NCBI GenBank assembly: GCA_963712745.1
Contig: CAVQJC010000001.1
Location: 452,320-516,319 of the forward strand
Origin: an uncultured Chloroflexia bacterium
GTDB lineage: Bacteria > Chloroflexota > Limnocylindria > Limnocylindrales > CSP1-4
DNA length: 64,000 bases
Direction: 5' to 3'
Below the pieces are notes generated by a model. The model saw nothing but the letters and a program-made list of their open reading frames with translations. It did no database searches and was not told the origin of the DNA. The translations under genes and the position numbers were made by a program. Each line of letters starts with the position of its first letter. Within the stretch, counting starts at the first letter, position 1. This document shows, piece after piece, positions 32,771 through 45,281 of this stretch.

Positions 32771-34164
32771 ATGATCATCGTGATGCGCACAGAGGCGGAC
32801 CAGGAGGAGATCGACGCGGTCAAGCAGGCCGTCGCCGACGAGGGCCTGGAAACGTACGTCATGGTGGGCGAGGAGCGCACCGTCATGGGCGTGGTCGGCG
32901 TAGGTGTCGAGCGAGTCCAGCACGTCGAGGTCATGCCCGGCGTGGAACAGGTCATCCGCGTCAGTAAGCCCTACAAGCTCGCGAGCAACGAGCATCACCC
33001 GGACCGCACGCGCATCCGCGTCGGCAACATCGAGATCGGCGCTGGCGCGCCCATCGCGATCGATCGCTGGTCCATGTGCCGTCGAATCGCGCGAGCAGGT
33101 CCTCGCGACGGCACGCTGGGTCAAGCGTGAAGGAGCCTCGATGCTGCGTGGTGGCGCCTTCAAGCCACGTTCGTCGCCCTACGCCTTCCAAGGCCTCGGC
33201 ATCGAAGGCCTCAAGTTGCTCGCGGAGGCGCGCGAGGAGACCGGCCTGCCGGTCGTCAGCGAGATCGACCGATCCAGCCCATGTGGGCGTCTTCGATGAA
33301 TACGTCGACATGCTCCAGGTGGGCGCCCGCAACATGGCCAACTTCGTCTTGCTCAAAGCGGTCGGCAAGAGCAGCAAACCCGTGCTGCTCAAGCGTGGCA
33401 TAAGTGCCACTATCGAGGAGTGGCTCATGGCGGCTGAGTACATCCTCTCGGCCGGCAACCCCAACGTCATCCTCTGCGAGCGTGGTATCCGTACCTTCGA
33501 GACGGCCACACGCAATACCCTGGATCTGTCGGCCGTCCCGGTCGTGCAGGAACGCACGCACTTGCCGGTGATGGTCGATCCATCCCACGGCACCGGCCAT
33601 CGACCGCTCGTGCGGCCGCTCGCGGTCGCCGGAGCTGCCGTCGGGGCCGACGGCATCATCATCGAGGTCCACCCCGATCCGCCCACCGCTCGATCGGACT
33701 CGGAGCAGTCGCTCTCATTCCCCGAATTCGGCGATCTGATGGACGACCTGCGTCGCCAGGAGTACCTGCGCCGGCCGACCGCACCGGGTGTACAGGTACC
33801 GGTCGATGTGCCCGTTGAACGGCGCCGTCTGCGTGGCCGTATCGATGACGTCGACGCCCGGATCGTCGCACTCATCGACGAGCGGGCCCAGCTATCGGTG
33901 GCCGTGCAGCAGTCGCGCAAGAGCGGCGAACACGGGCACGACGTGGGCCGCGAACGGGAGTTGCTCGAACGAGCCGCCAACGCCGAGGGCGGTGTCTTGC
34001 TGCCCGAGGAACGCGAGCAGGTCTTCAGCAGCATCCTGCGGGTTTCCCGCTCCGCTCAACGTCGCAGTGCGGCCGCTGCGGCAGCTGCGTCGGGAGTGGC
34101 CGCGCCGGCCGAAGCCGACGAAAGCGAGGTGGCGACAGCAGCCGCGAGCAGCGCCGCCCAGTGA
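32771..34164 (+). CDS. aroF: DAHP synthase type I-beta with N-terminal regulatory domain and C-terminal AroQ-type chorismate mutase domain, frameshifted
   Basis: MIIVMR...[68 protein letters not shown]; then [20 protein letters not shown]...DVGRERELL. Confidence 0.92.
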
Positions 34165-35516
34165 CATCGGTCGTCTCTGGAGCGACCGATCCGGCGTATC
34201 CCGGGCGAGTCACAGCGGCGGCCGGACTCGACGGCACGTTACGACTGCCGGCTGACAAGTCCGTAGCTCACCGTGCGCTGCTGTTCAACGCCATGGGCAC
34301 GGGGCAGGCCGAAGATCACGCTCTATCGCCCCGGCGATGACGTCATCTCGACGATCGAGGCGCTGCGCTCGCTCGGCGCGGTGGTGTCCGTTGCAGCCGA
34401 GAGTGACGGCATCACCCGAGTCCAGCTACAGGGTGGCGGCAGCGACGACGGAGCGATGTTGCCTGGACCGGGGGGTGAGACCCTGGACTGCGGCAACTCC
34501 GGCACGGCCATGCGCCTGTTCGCCGGTGCGCTCGCCGGTCGCCCGGGCAGCGCCACTCTCGATCGGCGATGCCTCGCTGTCCGTACGGCCCATGGAGCGG
34601 ATCGCGCGGCCGCTCCGAGAGAGCGGCGCACACATCAGTACGAGTGACGGGCATGCACCCCTGGTCATCGAGGGGCAGCAGCCGCTGCGGGCAATCCGAC
34701 ACGACCTGCCGGTCGCGAGTGCCCAGGTGCTCGGCTGTCTCGCGCTCGCGGGACTCGCTGCCGAGGGTACGACCACCATCCCGTGCCCGGACCGACGCGC
34801 GACCACAGCGAACGCATGCTGGCCTGGCTGGGAGCGCCGGTCCGACGTGACGGCCTTACGACCACGGTTTCCGGAGGGCCGGCTTCAAGGCGCGCTCGAT
34901 GACCGCACCTGGCGATATCTCGTCTGCGGCGGCATGGCTGGTGGCCGGTGCGCTTCATCCACATGCGGTCGTTCGGCTGGAGGGCGTCGGCCTGAACCCT
35001 TCACGCATCGGCATCATCGAGGTGCTGCAGGAGATGGGCGCAGATATCGCGGTCGCGAGCCCGACGCCGACGCGACCGCAGGACCTGAGCCGGTGGGCCG
35101 TATCACTGTCCGTGGCGGGCGTCAGCTCAGGGCATCCGCATCGTCGGCGATCGCGTCGCCGACATCATCGACGAGTTGCCGCTCATCGGCGTGGCCATGG
35201 CCGCCGCCGAGGGACCCAGTGAGCTGCGCGATGCGGCCGAGCTGCGGGTCAAGGAATCGGATCGCATCGCACTCGTGGTAGCCAACCTGGTGGCCATCGG
35301 AGCCGCGGCCGAGGAACTGCCCGATGGCTGGCGTGTGCGTCGCGGCAAGGCGCCGAGATGCGCACATCGCATACCGAGAGTGACCATCGCATCGCGATGT
35401 CCTTCGCCATCGCCGCCTTGACGGGCATAGCGGGTACCGTTGAGATCGACGACCCGGCGTGTGCGGCTGTCTCGTATCCGACCTTCTGGACCGACCTGGA
35501 GAAACTAAGCCGATGA
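34161..35516 (+). CDS. aroA: 3-phosphoshikimate 1-carboxyvinyltransferase (EPSP synthase), frameshifted
   Basis: [72 protein letters not shown]. Confidence 0.92.
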
Positions 35517-36801
35517 CCCTGCGACGACTACGACTCCTTACTGCTGGTGAGTCGCATGGGCCTGGCCTGTCAGGCATCCTCGACGGGCTGCCGGCGCAGC
35601 TGCGAGTCTCGACGAAGAAGGTCGATGCCGAGCTGGCCCGCCGCCAGCACGGTTACGGCAGTGGCCGGCGCATGCTCATCGAGCAGGACCGCGTGGTGTG
35701 GACAGCCGGCTTGCGCTTCGGCCGCACGCTGGGCTCGCCCCTGGCCTTCAGCATCCCCAACCGTGATTGGGACAGCTGGCAGGAACGCATGTCGGTGGAG
35801 CCGACCGCCGGGTCCAGCCGGCCCAAGCCGATCACCCTCGCACGACCCGGCCACGCTGACCTCGCGGGCGCCATCAAGTACGACACCGGCGACATCCGCG
35901 ACGTGCTGGAACGTGCCTCGGCTCGATCGACGGCTCCGCGCGTCGCGGCTGGGGCAGTCTGCCGCCAGTTGCTCGAGGAGTGCGGCGTGACCATCTGGTC
36001 GTTCGTCGATCAGCTCGGTCCGGTGCGCGCGTTCGATGGGGCGGACGAGCCCGTCACGCGGGTCCCCCACGGATGGGCCGCCCAGGACCGCGAGGGTCCG
36101 AGCCCGCTGCGTTGCCCCGACCCGGTGGCCGAGCGTGCCATGATCGAGGAAGTCGATGCGGCCATCGAGGCCGGCAATTCGGTCGGTGGTTCGTTCGTGG
36201 TGGTGGCGGAGGGCATGCCCGTGGGCATCGGCTCCAACGCGGAGTGGGACACTCGCATCGACACGGCCATCGCCGCGGTGTTGATGGGCATCCAGGCGGT
36301 CAAGGGCGTCGAGATCGGTCTGGGCTTCGGCATGGTCGGCCGGCGCGGCAGCGCCGTGCACGATGAGGTCGAGCCGGACGAGCCCGGGCTGGGTGCGCAA
36401 GACCAACCGGGCCGGCGGCACGGAAGGCGGCATGAGCAACGGCGCCTCGATCGTGGCACGCGTTGCGGTCAAGCCGGTCTCGACCTTGCGCAAGCCGCTC
36501 GATGCGGTCGATCTGGAGACCGGTCAGGTCCGACGTGCCCACATCGAGCGCAGTGACGTGGCCATCATCCCGCGCGCCGCGGTGGTGGGTGAAGGCATGC
36601 TCGCGATCGCACTGGCCGACGCTCTGCTGGCCGACCTCGGCGGCGACACGATGGCCGACCTGAAGGCCGCGGTGCGACGACGCCGCAAGCGTGCTGCGGG
36701 TCCCCGGGGCGGCCTTGGCGGCGACACCAGCGGAGCACCTTTCGGCCCTGCCCGACAATGCGGCCGCCGAGGCCTCACCGATCGCCGGCGTCGACGCTTG
36801 A
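35513..36801 (+). CDS. aroC: Chorismate synthase, frameshifted
   Basis: LTAGESHG, RRQHGYGSGRRM, RPGHAD, LERASARSTA, KGVEIG, TNRAGGTEGGMSNG, KPVST, ERSD. Confidence 0.95.
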
Positions 36802-37587
36802 ACGCTGGCGCGCTGACGTTTCGGCTCCTCGGGCACGGCATCGCCTATTCGGCGTCCCCAGCGATGATGGCGGCTGCCTTCGCCAGCTTGGACCTGCCGC
36901 ATCGATACGTGCTCGCTGACGTGCCGGCGGATGATGTCGCTGCCACGATCGCGCTGCTGCGCCGGGTCGATGCGGGCGGCGCCAACGTGACCGTGCCATA
37001 CAAAGCTGCCGTGGCGGCCCTCGTCGACGAGACCTCCGAGGCCGCCCGTGAAACCGACGCCGTTAATACCGTGGTGCGCGATGGCGCGCGGCTCATCGGA
37101 CACAACACGGACCTACCGGCGACCGTGGATGCCATCGAGCGCCTCTGCCCCAGAGGCGTGCGGTCACGCGCTCGTGCTCGGCGCGGGGGGTGCCGGGCGC
37201 GCTGTCCAGGTGGCCCTCCGCAAGGCCGGGGCCGAGCGCATCAGCGTGCTGCGACGCTCAGATGGTTCGATGGCGCGCCTGGCCGATGAGATCGCCGGTG
37301 CGGACGTGCTTGTCAATGCCACCCCGGTCGGGACAGGCGATGACGAGACACCGGTGCCACTGGCGTTGCTGCGGGCCGACCTGCCCGTGCTCGACCTGGT
37401 CTACCGCCCCAGCCCCACACGCCTGGTACGCGAAGCCCGCGCAGCCGGCGCCAGTGCCGAGGCAGGTGCGGCCATCCTGCTGGGACAGGCGTGGCGCTCG
37501 CTGGAGCTGTGGCTGGGCCGGCCCGCTCCCGTCGAGGTCATGCGCGCGGCGCTCCAGGCGGAACTCGGGGGTCAGGCCGATGCCTGA
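36798..37587 (+). CDS. aroE: Shikimate dehydrogenase, frameshifted
   Basis: LLGHGIAYSASP, GANVTVPYK, AVNT, GHNTD, VLGAGGAGRA, NATPVG, DLVY. Confidence 0.92.
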
Positions 37588-39184
37588 CGCGATCGTGCTC
37601 GTGGGCCTCTCGGGCAGCGGTAAATCGACCATCGGACGACTGGTCGCTCAGCGCCTGGCACGCACCTTCATCGACCTGGATACGGCGATCAAGCAGCGTG
37701 AGGGCGCCTCGCCGGCCAACCTGATCACCCGGCACGGAGAGGCGCATTTTCGCGAGCTCGAGGCCGGTGCGGTCCAGGCGGCAGCCGCGGTCGAAGGCGC
37801 TGTCATCGCGACCGGGGGTGGCGCCGTCATCGACCCGCTTAATCGCTGGGCCCTGTGGCACGCCGGCAGCGTGGTGTGGCTCGATGCTCCCGGAGATGTG
37901 CTCGTGGTGCGACTCACGGCCGATGATGAAGAGCGGCCTCTCCTCACCGACGATACCCTGGCGGGGCTGGCGGACCTGCGTCGACAGCGCCTGCCCTACT
38001 ACCGCGCCGCCGACCACCGTATCGATGCCACGGGCGACCAGAACGCGGTGGCCGAGGCTGTCATCACGGCCGTCGCAACGAGCGGGACCTCCGCCCGCCG
38101 ACTCTTCGATGCGGAGCTCAGACGCGATCACCCCATGGGCCCCCGCGAGGCTCGCGTCGTGCTCGGCAGCGGGCTGGACGCCGACGCAGTCGAAGCTATC
38201 ATCGGGCCGGCCAGCAGTGGCGCGCCCGTAGTCGTGGGTGACCGACGAGCGGCTGCAGCGTTGCCAGGTTTGATGCGGGCGTTGCCGACCGAACGCCGCC
38301 TGCTGATCGCCACGGGCGAGCGACAGAAGCGGTTGCGCACAGTGGAGAAGCTGCTCGAGGCGGCGAGCGCCATGGGTGCCGAACGTGGCGATGCCTGGAT
38401 CGGCGTGGGTGGTGGCACGACCACGGACATGGTCGGCGCGGCGGCGGCGCTGTACCTGCGTGGTGTGCCCTTCGTCGCCCTGCCGACGACCTGGCTGGGC
38501 ATGACCGACGCTGCCATCGGTGGCAAGGTCGGGGTGGACCTCTCAGCAGCCAAGAACGCCGCTGGCGCCTTCTGGCCGCCGGTCGCGATCGTCGCCGATG
38601 TAGCCAGCGTAAACACGCTGCCGCGAGCGCGACGGCTTGACGGCATGGCGGAGTCGCTCAAGAGCGGGCTCATCGGGGACCCCGATCTGTGGCACCTCGT
38701 GGAGACGCGTGGCCGGGCGGCGCTGCACAGCGATGAGGCAGCGCGCTATGCCGCCATCGATCGCTCGGTGCGCTTGAAGCTTGGGGTCGTGGATCGCGAC
38801 CCCTTCGAGCTGGGCGAGCGGCGCCACCTCAACCTGGGCCATACCCTCGGTCATGCGCTCGAGGTCGAAAGCCGTTATCGGCTGCCGCATGGCCAAGCGG
38901 TCGTGCTGGGTCTTCGCGCGGTGGCCGCCATGGCCCAAGGACGCGGCGCTGAGCCCGGGCTCGACCAACGCATCGACAGCGTCGTGAGTTCGCTTGGCTA
39001 CGCACTCCGGCGTGCCTTCGATGCCTCCGCCGTCATCGCCGCGCTGCGGACCGACAAGAAGCGCCACAAGGGTCGCCAGCGCTGGATCCTGCCTATGGCT
39101 GTGGGGCGCATGAGCGAGGTCGATGACGTTACCGATGCCGAGCTCGAGGCTGCCCTGCGCGTCATCAGCAGCGAGGCCAGCTGA
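37580..39184 (+). CDS. aroKB: Bifunctional shikimate kinase / 3-dehydroquinate synthase
   Basis: GLSGSGKST, DLD, FRELE, ATGGG, ERPLL; then in the same frame GGGTTTD, PTT, DAAIGGKVG, ESLKSG, LNLGHTLGHALE, HGQAV, DKK. Confidence 0.92.
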   Translation: MPDAIVLVGLSGSGKSTIGRLVAQRLARTFIDLDTAIKQREGASPANLITRHGEAHFRELEAGAVQAAAAVEGAVIATGGGAVIDPLNRWALWHAGSVVWLDAPGDVLVVRLTADDEERPLLTDDTLAGLADLRRQRLPYYRAADHRIDATGDQNAVAEAVITAVATSGTSARRLFDAELRRDHPMGPREARVVLGSGLDADAVEAIIGPASSGAPVVVGDRRAAAALPGLMRALPTERRLLIATGERQKRLRTVEKLLEAASAMGAERGDAWIGVGGGTTTDMVGAAAALYLRGVPFVALPTTWLGMTDAAIGGKVGVDLSAAKNAAGAFWPPVAIVADVASVNTLPRARRLDGMAESLKSGLIGDPDLWHLVETRGRAALHSDEAARYAAIDRSVRLKLGVVDRDPFELGERRHLNLGHTLGHALEVESRYRLPHGQAVVLGLRAVAAMAQGRGAEPGLDQRIDSVVSSLGYALRRAFDASAVIAALRTDKKRHKGRQRWILPMAVGRMSEVDDVTDAELEAALRVISSEAS

Positions 39185-39618
39185 TGAGGATCCTGCTGCT
39201 CAACGGCCCCAACCTGGGACGCCTCGGCAAGCGCCAGCCGGAGATCTACGGCAGCACCACGCTGGCCGAGGTCGAGCAGGCCTGCGCCGCTCATGCCGCG
39301 GGGCTCGGCCATGACCTCAGCGCGCTGCAATCGAACCATGAGGGTGCGCTCATCGACCGCATCGAGGTGCGTGACTACGACGCGATCGTCATCAACCCGG
39401 GTGCGCTGACGCACTATGCCTATGCACTCCACGACGCGCTGCTGGGTGCCGAATGCCCCATCGTGGAGATCCACATCAGCGACATCATGGCGCGCGAGGA
39501 GTGGCGCCATGTCTCGGTCATCGAGCCGGTCGTGAGCCATCGCATCATGGGACACGGTTGGCGTGGGTACCTCGAAGCCATCGACTTCCTGAACGATCAG
39601 GCCGTCCGGCCCGCCTGA
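39184..39618 (+). CDS. aroQ: Type II 3-dehydroquinate dehydratase
   Basis: LNGPNLGRLGKRQPEIYG, QSNHEG, NPGALTH, EIHIS. Confidence 0.95.
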   Translation: MRILLLNGPNLGRLGKRQPEIYGSTTLAEVEQACAAHAAGLGHDLSALQSNHEGALIDRIEVRDYDAIVINPGALTHYAYALHDALLGAECPIVEIHISDIMAREEWRHVSVIEPVVSHRIMGHGWRGYLEAIDFLNDQAVRPA

Positions 39619-39644
39619 TCCCTTTCGCTCCTGAGGACCTCGCC

Positions 39645-41083
39645 ATGACCCCACAACTCCCGCGTCCCGGTCTTGCCGGCGTCGCTGCCATCGAGATCAG
39701 TGCCGACACCATCTCACCCGTAGCCGCCGCGCTGCGCCTCCACCATCACGATCGACTCGCCTTCATCCTCGAATCCGTCGAGGGTGGCGCGCGCTACGGC
39801 CGCTACTCGATGGTCGGCGTGCGCGGTCGCATCCTCTCGGTCGATGGTGAAGAGGCCATCGTGCGAAGTCACGATTACACCGAGCTCGAACGCTTCCCCG
39901 CGTTCGACCCGTTGGAAGCCTTGCGGCGCCTACTGCCGGAGGCAGCCAGTCATCCCGACCTGCCGGTCTCGCTGGCGTCTGGCGTGGGCTACCTCGCGTA
40001 TGAGGCTGCGGCACGCTGGGAGCCCAAGTTGCCGGTGCCCCAGGCCAAGCCCATCGACCTGCCGCTGGCGCTCTTCCACCTGCCCGACGTGCTCATCATC
40101 TTCGACCACCTCGCGCAGACCGCCACGCTCGCGACGATCGATGGGCCAGCGGCGCAGAGGCGTCTCGAGACTGCCTCCGCGATGCTGACGCAGCCGAGTC
40201 CCGATGAGGGCATCGTGCCGATCCCGGGTGACCGAGCGCGGCACCAGCCACCGCTGGCCGATCCGGTCTATGAAGCCGGCGTGGCCAGCCTGGTCGCTGA
40301 CATCCGCGCGGGCGAGATGCTGCAGACGGTGCTGGCACGCCGCTTCTCGATGCCCTGCTCGGTCGGCCCACTGGAGATCTATCGCTCGCTGCGACGCATC
40401 AACCCCTCCCCGCACCTCTTCGCTATCGACCTGGGTCCGGGGCGTGCGCTCATCGGTGCCTCCCCGGAACTGCTGGTCAGCGTGCGCGACGGGGTCGTGG
40501 CCACGCGGCCACTCGCGGGGACACGGCCGCGCTCCGCGGATCCCGTCGAGGACCAGGCGCTGGAAGTAGAACTACTGGCAGACGAGAAGGAGCTGTCCGA
40601 GCACGCCATGCTCGTCGACCTTGCCCGTAACGACGTCGGCCGGGTGGCCACGCCCGGAAGCGTACGGGTGCCATCGCTGCATGCCATCGAGCGCTACTCG
40701 CACGTCATGCATATCGTCAGTGAGGTCGAGGGCGACCTGGCCGAAGGACGCGATGCCTTCGATGCGGTGCGGGCCGTATTCCCCGCCGGCACGCTGAGCG
40801 GCGCACCCAAGGTGCGGGCGATGCAGGCGATCGCGGCGCTCGAGCAGGAACAGCGTGGGCCATACGGTGGCGCCGTCGGCTTCCTCTCGCCGGATGACGT
40901 CGAGATCGCCATCACCATCCGCGCCATGGTGCTCGATGACGGGGTTGCCCATGTCCAGGCCGGCGCCGGTATCGTGGCTGACTCGATACCTCAGCGCGAA
41001 TCTGCCGAAGTCGCGGCCAAGGCTGGTTCGACGCTCGCCGCCCTCGCCGAAGCCGAGGCCATCTATGGAATGGAGACCGACCG

Positions 41084-41087
<4 letters not shown>
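39645..41087 (+). CDS. trpE: Anthranilate synthase component I family (chorismate-binding)
   Basis: FILES, GRYS, YRSLRRINPSP, ASPE, PLAGTRPR, EHAMLVDLARND, YSHVMHIVS, FPAGTLSGAPKVRAM, QAGAGIVADS. Confidence 0.85.
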
Positions 41088-41695
<608 letters not shown>

Positions 41696-41726
41696 TCGGC
41701 GCAGCCCTGGACCGGCGGCCACGCAG

Positions 41727-42909
41727 ATGATGAAGGTCACGGTCGCGGAGCGTCGGGCCCGCGTCGGCGCACGTCACCGCGTCGCGCCGCGGCACCGCGC
41801 GGTATCGGTCAACGAGGTCGCGCAAGACCTCGTGTGTCTGCACGCGACGGACCCGGCGTCGGTCTACCTCTCAGCCTGGTCGCGCCTGCGAGAACCGTCC
41901 CACGAGGCGGTCGATGAGGCGCTCTACCGCGATCGCGATGTGGTGCGCATGCTGGCCATGCGGCGCACGATGTTCGTGGTTGCCGTCGAGGAGATTCCCG
42001 TCCTGCACGCGGCCACTTCGAAGGCCTTGGCGCGGCGCGAACGCAAGCGCAACGAGGATTACGCCGCGTTGCTTGACGACGTGGTCGACGCGAAGCGCTG
42101 GCTACGTGAAGCGGAGAGCGAGACGCTGGCCTTTCTGCACGAGCACGGCGAGGCCAGCGCCCAGGAACTCTCGGCGGCCCTGCCCGCCCTGGCGCGCAAG
42201 GTGCGCGTGAGCGCGGGCAAGAAGTACGAGGGCGATATCGGCATGTCCAGCCGCATCCTCATCGTGCTCGCGCTCGAAGGTCTCGTCGTGCGCGGGTGCC
42301 CACGTGGCACCTGGCTCAGCACCCAGTATCGCTGGGCAACGGTCGAGGACTGGCTCGGGGCACCGATGGCCGAGGTGCCTGTCGAGAAAGCACAAGCCAC
42401 GCTCATCGAACGCTGGCTGGGCCGCTTCGGGCCCGGCACCGAGCAGGACGTGCGCTGGTGGACCGGTTTGACCGCCCGGGAAGTGCGCGTGGGCCTCGCG
42501 AGCATCGGTGCCGTCGAGGTGGACCTCGACGGCGAGAAGGGCTATCTGTTGCCAGACGATCTGGCGCCAACGCCGCCACTCGAGACATGGGTCGCGCTCC
42601 TGCCGTCGCTGGACCCCACCACGATGGGCTGGCAGTCGCGCGACTGGTACCTCGGTGCGCACAAGCCGGCGATCTTCGACTCTATGGGCAACGCCGGTCC
42701 CACCATCTGGTGCGATGGGCGCATCGTGGGCGGCTGGGCCATCCGCGCTGGGGGCAGCGTAGCGACACAGGCTCCTCGAGGATGTCGGCAGCGAGATGAC
42801 CGCCGCGATCGATCGCGAGGTCGAACGCATGTCGCGCCTGCTCGGTGCACTGCGGGTCTCTCCCCGCTTCCCGTCACCGCTCCACAAAGAGCTCGCCCCC
42901 AAGACCTGA
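41727..42909 (+). CDS. Winged-helix DNA-binding protein, AlkZ/YcaQ glycosylase-like; 3' end frameshifted
   Basis: LHATDPASVYLSAWSR, AMRRTMF, WLGRFGPGT..D..WWTG, LLPSLDP, DGRIVGGW. Confidence 0.8.
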
Positions 42910-42992
42910 CGGAACCCGCCAGGCGTGCAAGCGCACTGGGCACCACCGCTCGCAGGATGTGCCGGGCTACGGCCGCGACGACCGCAGGGGCT

Positions 42993-44003
42993 TCACCCGG
43001 CTATCAGTCGGTCGGCTGCCTCATAGGGGTCCAGTTCGTAGCGCGCTACGGCCTCAAGGATGGCATCGACGGCGGCCTGGTCAGGGCCGGACCACAAGGC
43101 AGTTCGGGCACGTTCCGCCACGATGCTCTCGATCTGGAGACGCGCCCGGGCCAACCGCCTCTCGAGTGGCCGTGCTGCGCTGGCGTATCTGCGATGGTGC
43201 TGGTCGAGCGCCCCGAGCAGCTCGGCCGTACCGGCGCCGGTAAGACCTGAGGCAAGGCGAACATCCGGACGCTTGGGACGTGGGCGACCCTTGGCGATGG
43301 CGGCTGCATCAGCGGCAGCGCTGACGCTCAGCATCGCCTGCAACTGCGCGGCCGTGCGGTCGGCGCCAGGCCGATCGGACTTGTTGACCACGACGATATC
43401 GGCCACCTCGAGCAAGCCAGCCTTGATGGCCTGGACCTCGTCGCCCATCTCGGGTGCCTGCACCACGAGCGTGGTGTCGGCGATGGCGGCCACCTCGACT
43501 TCACTTTGCCCGGTGCCCACGGTCTCGATGAAGATGAGTTTGAAGCCGCAAGCGGCGAGGACCGCAGCTGCCTCAGCGGTGGTGCCGGCGAGGCCACCGA
43601 GGTGTCCGCGCGAGGCCATCGAGCGGATGAACACGTCGCCGTCAGCGGCATACTGCTGCATCCGGATGCGGTCACCCAGGATGGCGCCGCCGGTCACAGG
43701 ACTGGATGGGTCGATGGCCAGCACGGCCACCGCGCGATCAGCCTTGCGTGCCTCCGCGACGAGTGCGGATACAAGCGTGGATTTGCCACTCCCGGGAGGT
43801 CCGGTCACACCGACCAGCTGTGCCCCGATGGCACTCGAGAAAAGCAACCGCAGAGCCTCCTCCGCGACGGACGATCTCGATTCGACCGCCGTGAGCAAGC
43901 GTGTCAGCGCCAGACGTGAGCCAGATCGAGCATCTTGGGCAAGGCGAATACCTGCTCCGCTCGCACTCGGAACCGTCGCCCCGTCCACGCGCGGAGTGAT
44001 CAC
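42993..44003 (-). CDS. meaB: Methylmalonyl-CoA mutase-associated GTPase MeaB
   Basis: [61 protein letters not shown]. Confidence 0.93.
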   Translation of the reverse strand: MITPRVDGATVPSASGAGIRLAQDARSGSRLALTRLLTAVESRSSVAEEALRLLFSSAIGAQLVGVTGPPGSGKSTLVSALVAEARKADRAVAVLAIDPSSPVTGGAILGDRIRMQQYAADGDVFIRSMASRGHLGGLAGTTAEAAAVLAACGFKLIFIETVGTGQSEVEVAAIADTTLVVQAPEMGDEVQAIKAGLLEVADIVVVNKSDRPGADRTAAQLQAMLSVSAAADAAAIAKGRPRPKRPDVRLASGLTGAGTAELLGALDQHHRRYASAARPLERRLARARLQIESIVAERARTALWSGPDQAAVDAILEAVARYELDPYEAADRLIAG

Positions 44004-44407
44004 CCCGTGCGCTGCGTCACGTGGTCGCGCATGTACTCGGCGATCTCGCCGATGCTGGTGCCGGGACCGAAGATGGCCGCGACTCCGGCTGCCTGGAGGT
44101 CCGGGATGTCCTCCGCCGGGATGATGCCCCCCGCGGTCACCAGGACATCGCCCATGCCCGCCTCGCGCAGCAATTCACAGATCCGCGGCAGCAGCGTCAT
44201 GTGGGCTCCCGAAAGGATCGACAGGCCGACCACGTCGACGTCTTCCTGGAGCGCTGCACTCGCGACCATCTCGGGCGTCTGTCGCAAGCCCGTGTAGACG
44301 ACCTCGAAGCCTTCGTCGCGCAGGCCGCGGGCGAGCACCTTGGCGCCACGATCGTGGCCGTCGAGCCCGGGCTTGGCGATGAGTACCTTGAGCGGTCGAT
44401 CTGTCAT
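44000..44407 (-). CDS. Cobalamin-binding domain protein (acyl-CoA mutase small subunit)
   Basis: [13 protein letters not shown] (DxHxxG), [18 protein letters not shown]. Confidence 0.93.
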   Translation of the reverse strand: MTDRPLKVLIAKPGLDGHDRGAKVLARGLRDEGFEVVYTGLRQTPEMVASAALQEDVDVVGLSILSGAHMTLLPRICELLREAGMGDVLVTAGGIIPAEDIPDLQAAGVAAIFGPGTSIGEIAEYMRDHVTQRTG

Positions 44408-44430
44408 CGCGCTGATGGTAGGCCGTCGCG

Positions 44431-45006
44431 CTAGGGCGCGCCGGCTGATGGTCGCTGCAGATGGCTGAAGAATTCGGCGCGAGTCTTGTCGCTGCTGCGG
44501 AACAGACCCAGCACGGCCGAGGTGGTCATGACCATGCCCGGCTTGCGCACCCCGCGCATGCTCGCACACATGTGTGTCGCCTCCACCACCACGCCCACGC
44601 CCTGCGGCCGCAGTTGGGCCATCAGGAAGTCCGCGACCTGTTGCGTCAGGCGCTCCTGAACCTGAAGGCGTCGCGCGTACATGTCGACCACCCGCGGGAT
44701 CTTGGACAGGCCGATGACCCGGCCATCGGGGATGTAGGCGACCGAGGCGGTACCAGCGAACGGCAACATGTGGTGCTCACAGAGCGAATGGAAACTGATG
44801 TCCTTGACCACGACCATCTCGCTGTAGTCGACGTCGAAGACGGCATCGTTGAGGATCTCACGAGGGTCCATGCCGTAACCAGCGGTCAACTCGGCGTACA
44901 TGCGGCGTACGCGAGACGGGGTATCGGCCAGGCCTGAGCGGTCGGGATCCTCGCCGATCTCGGTCAGGATCTGGCGAACGGCGGACTCGATGAGCACCTC
45001 GGTCAT
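44431..45006 (-). CDS. folE: GTP cyclohydrolase I
   Basis: [47 protein letters not shown]. Confidence 0.96.
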   Translation of the reverse strand: MTEVLIESAVRQILTEIGEDPDRSGLADTPSRVRRMYAELTAGYGMDPREILNDAVFDVDYSEMVVVKDISFHSLCEHHMLPFAGTASVAYIPDGRVIGLSKIPRVVDMYARRLQVQERLTQQVADFLMAQLRPQGVGVVVEATHMCASMRGVRKPGMVMTTSAVLGLFRSSDKTRAEFFSHLQRPSAGAP

Positions 45007-45043
45007 GGGCCTGGTATCTCCGCGTGTGGCGCCTGGTGTGGCG

Positions 45044-45262
45044 TCAGGACCCAGGCTTCTGACTCGGGTCGGTCGATTCGGTCGAAGCGGGGGGCTCGTT
45101 CAAGTCATCCCTCAGGGCGCTGGGGATTTCCTCGCGCGCACTCTTGACGGTCCTGCCGAGGGCTTCGCCGATGCGCGGCAGCATCTTGGGCCCACGCGCC
45201 ATGAGCACGAAGATGAGCACGACGACGAGGATGATCAGCAGTTCTGGTCCCACGATGCGCAC
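45044..45262 (-). CDS. tatA: Twin-arginine translocase TatA/E family subunit
   Basis: [34 protein letters not shown]; start codon uncertain. Confidence 0.75.
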   Translation of the reverse strand: MRIVGPELLIILVVVLIFVLMARGPKMLPRIGEALGRTVKSAREEIPSALRDDLNEPPASTESTDPSQKPGS

Positions 45263-45281
45263 ATGGTACAGCGCACGGCTG

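Noticed and set aside
20255-36801. Programmed frameshifting or pseudogenes in the pan and aro genes
   Set aside because: Shifts are numerous, lack consistent slippery motifs and hit unrelated core genes; catalytic motifs remain intact.
36363-37289. Apparent AroC-AroE fusion
   Set aside because: The linker reads as off-frame Arg-rich sequence; a TGA/TTG overlap at 36798-36801 indicates separate genes plus an indel.
37580-39184. AroK-AroB fusion as a novelty
   Set aside because: Real, but a well-known bifunctional architecture.
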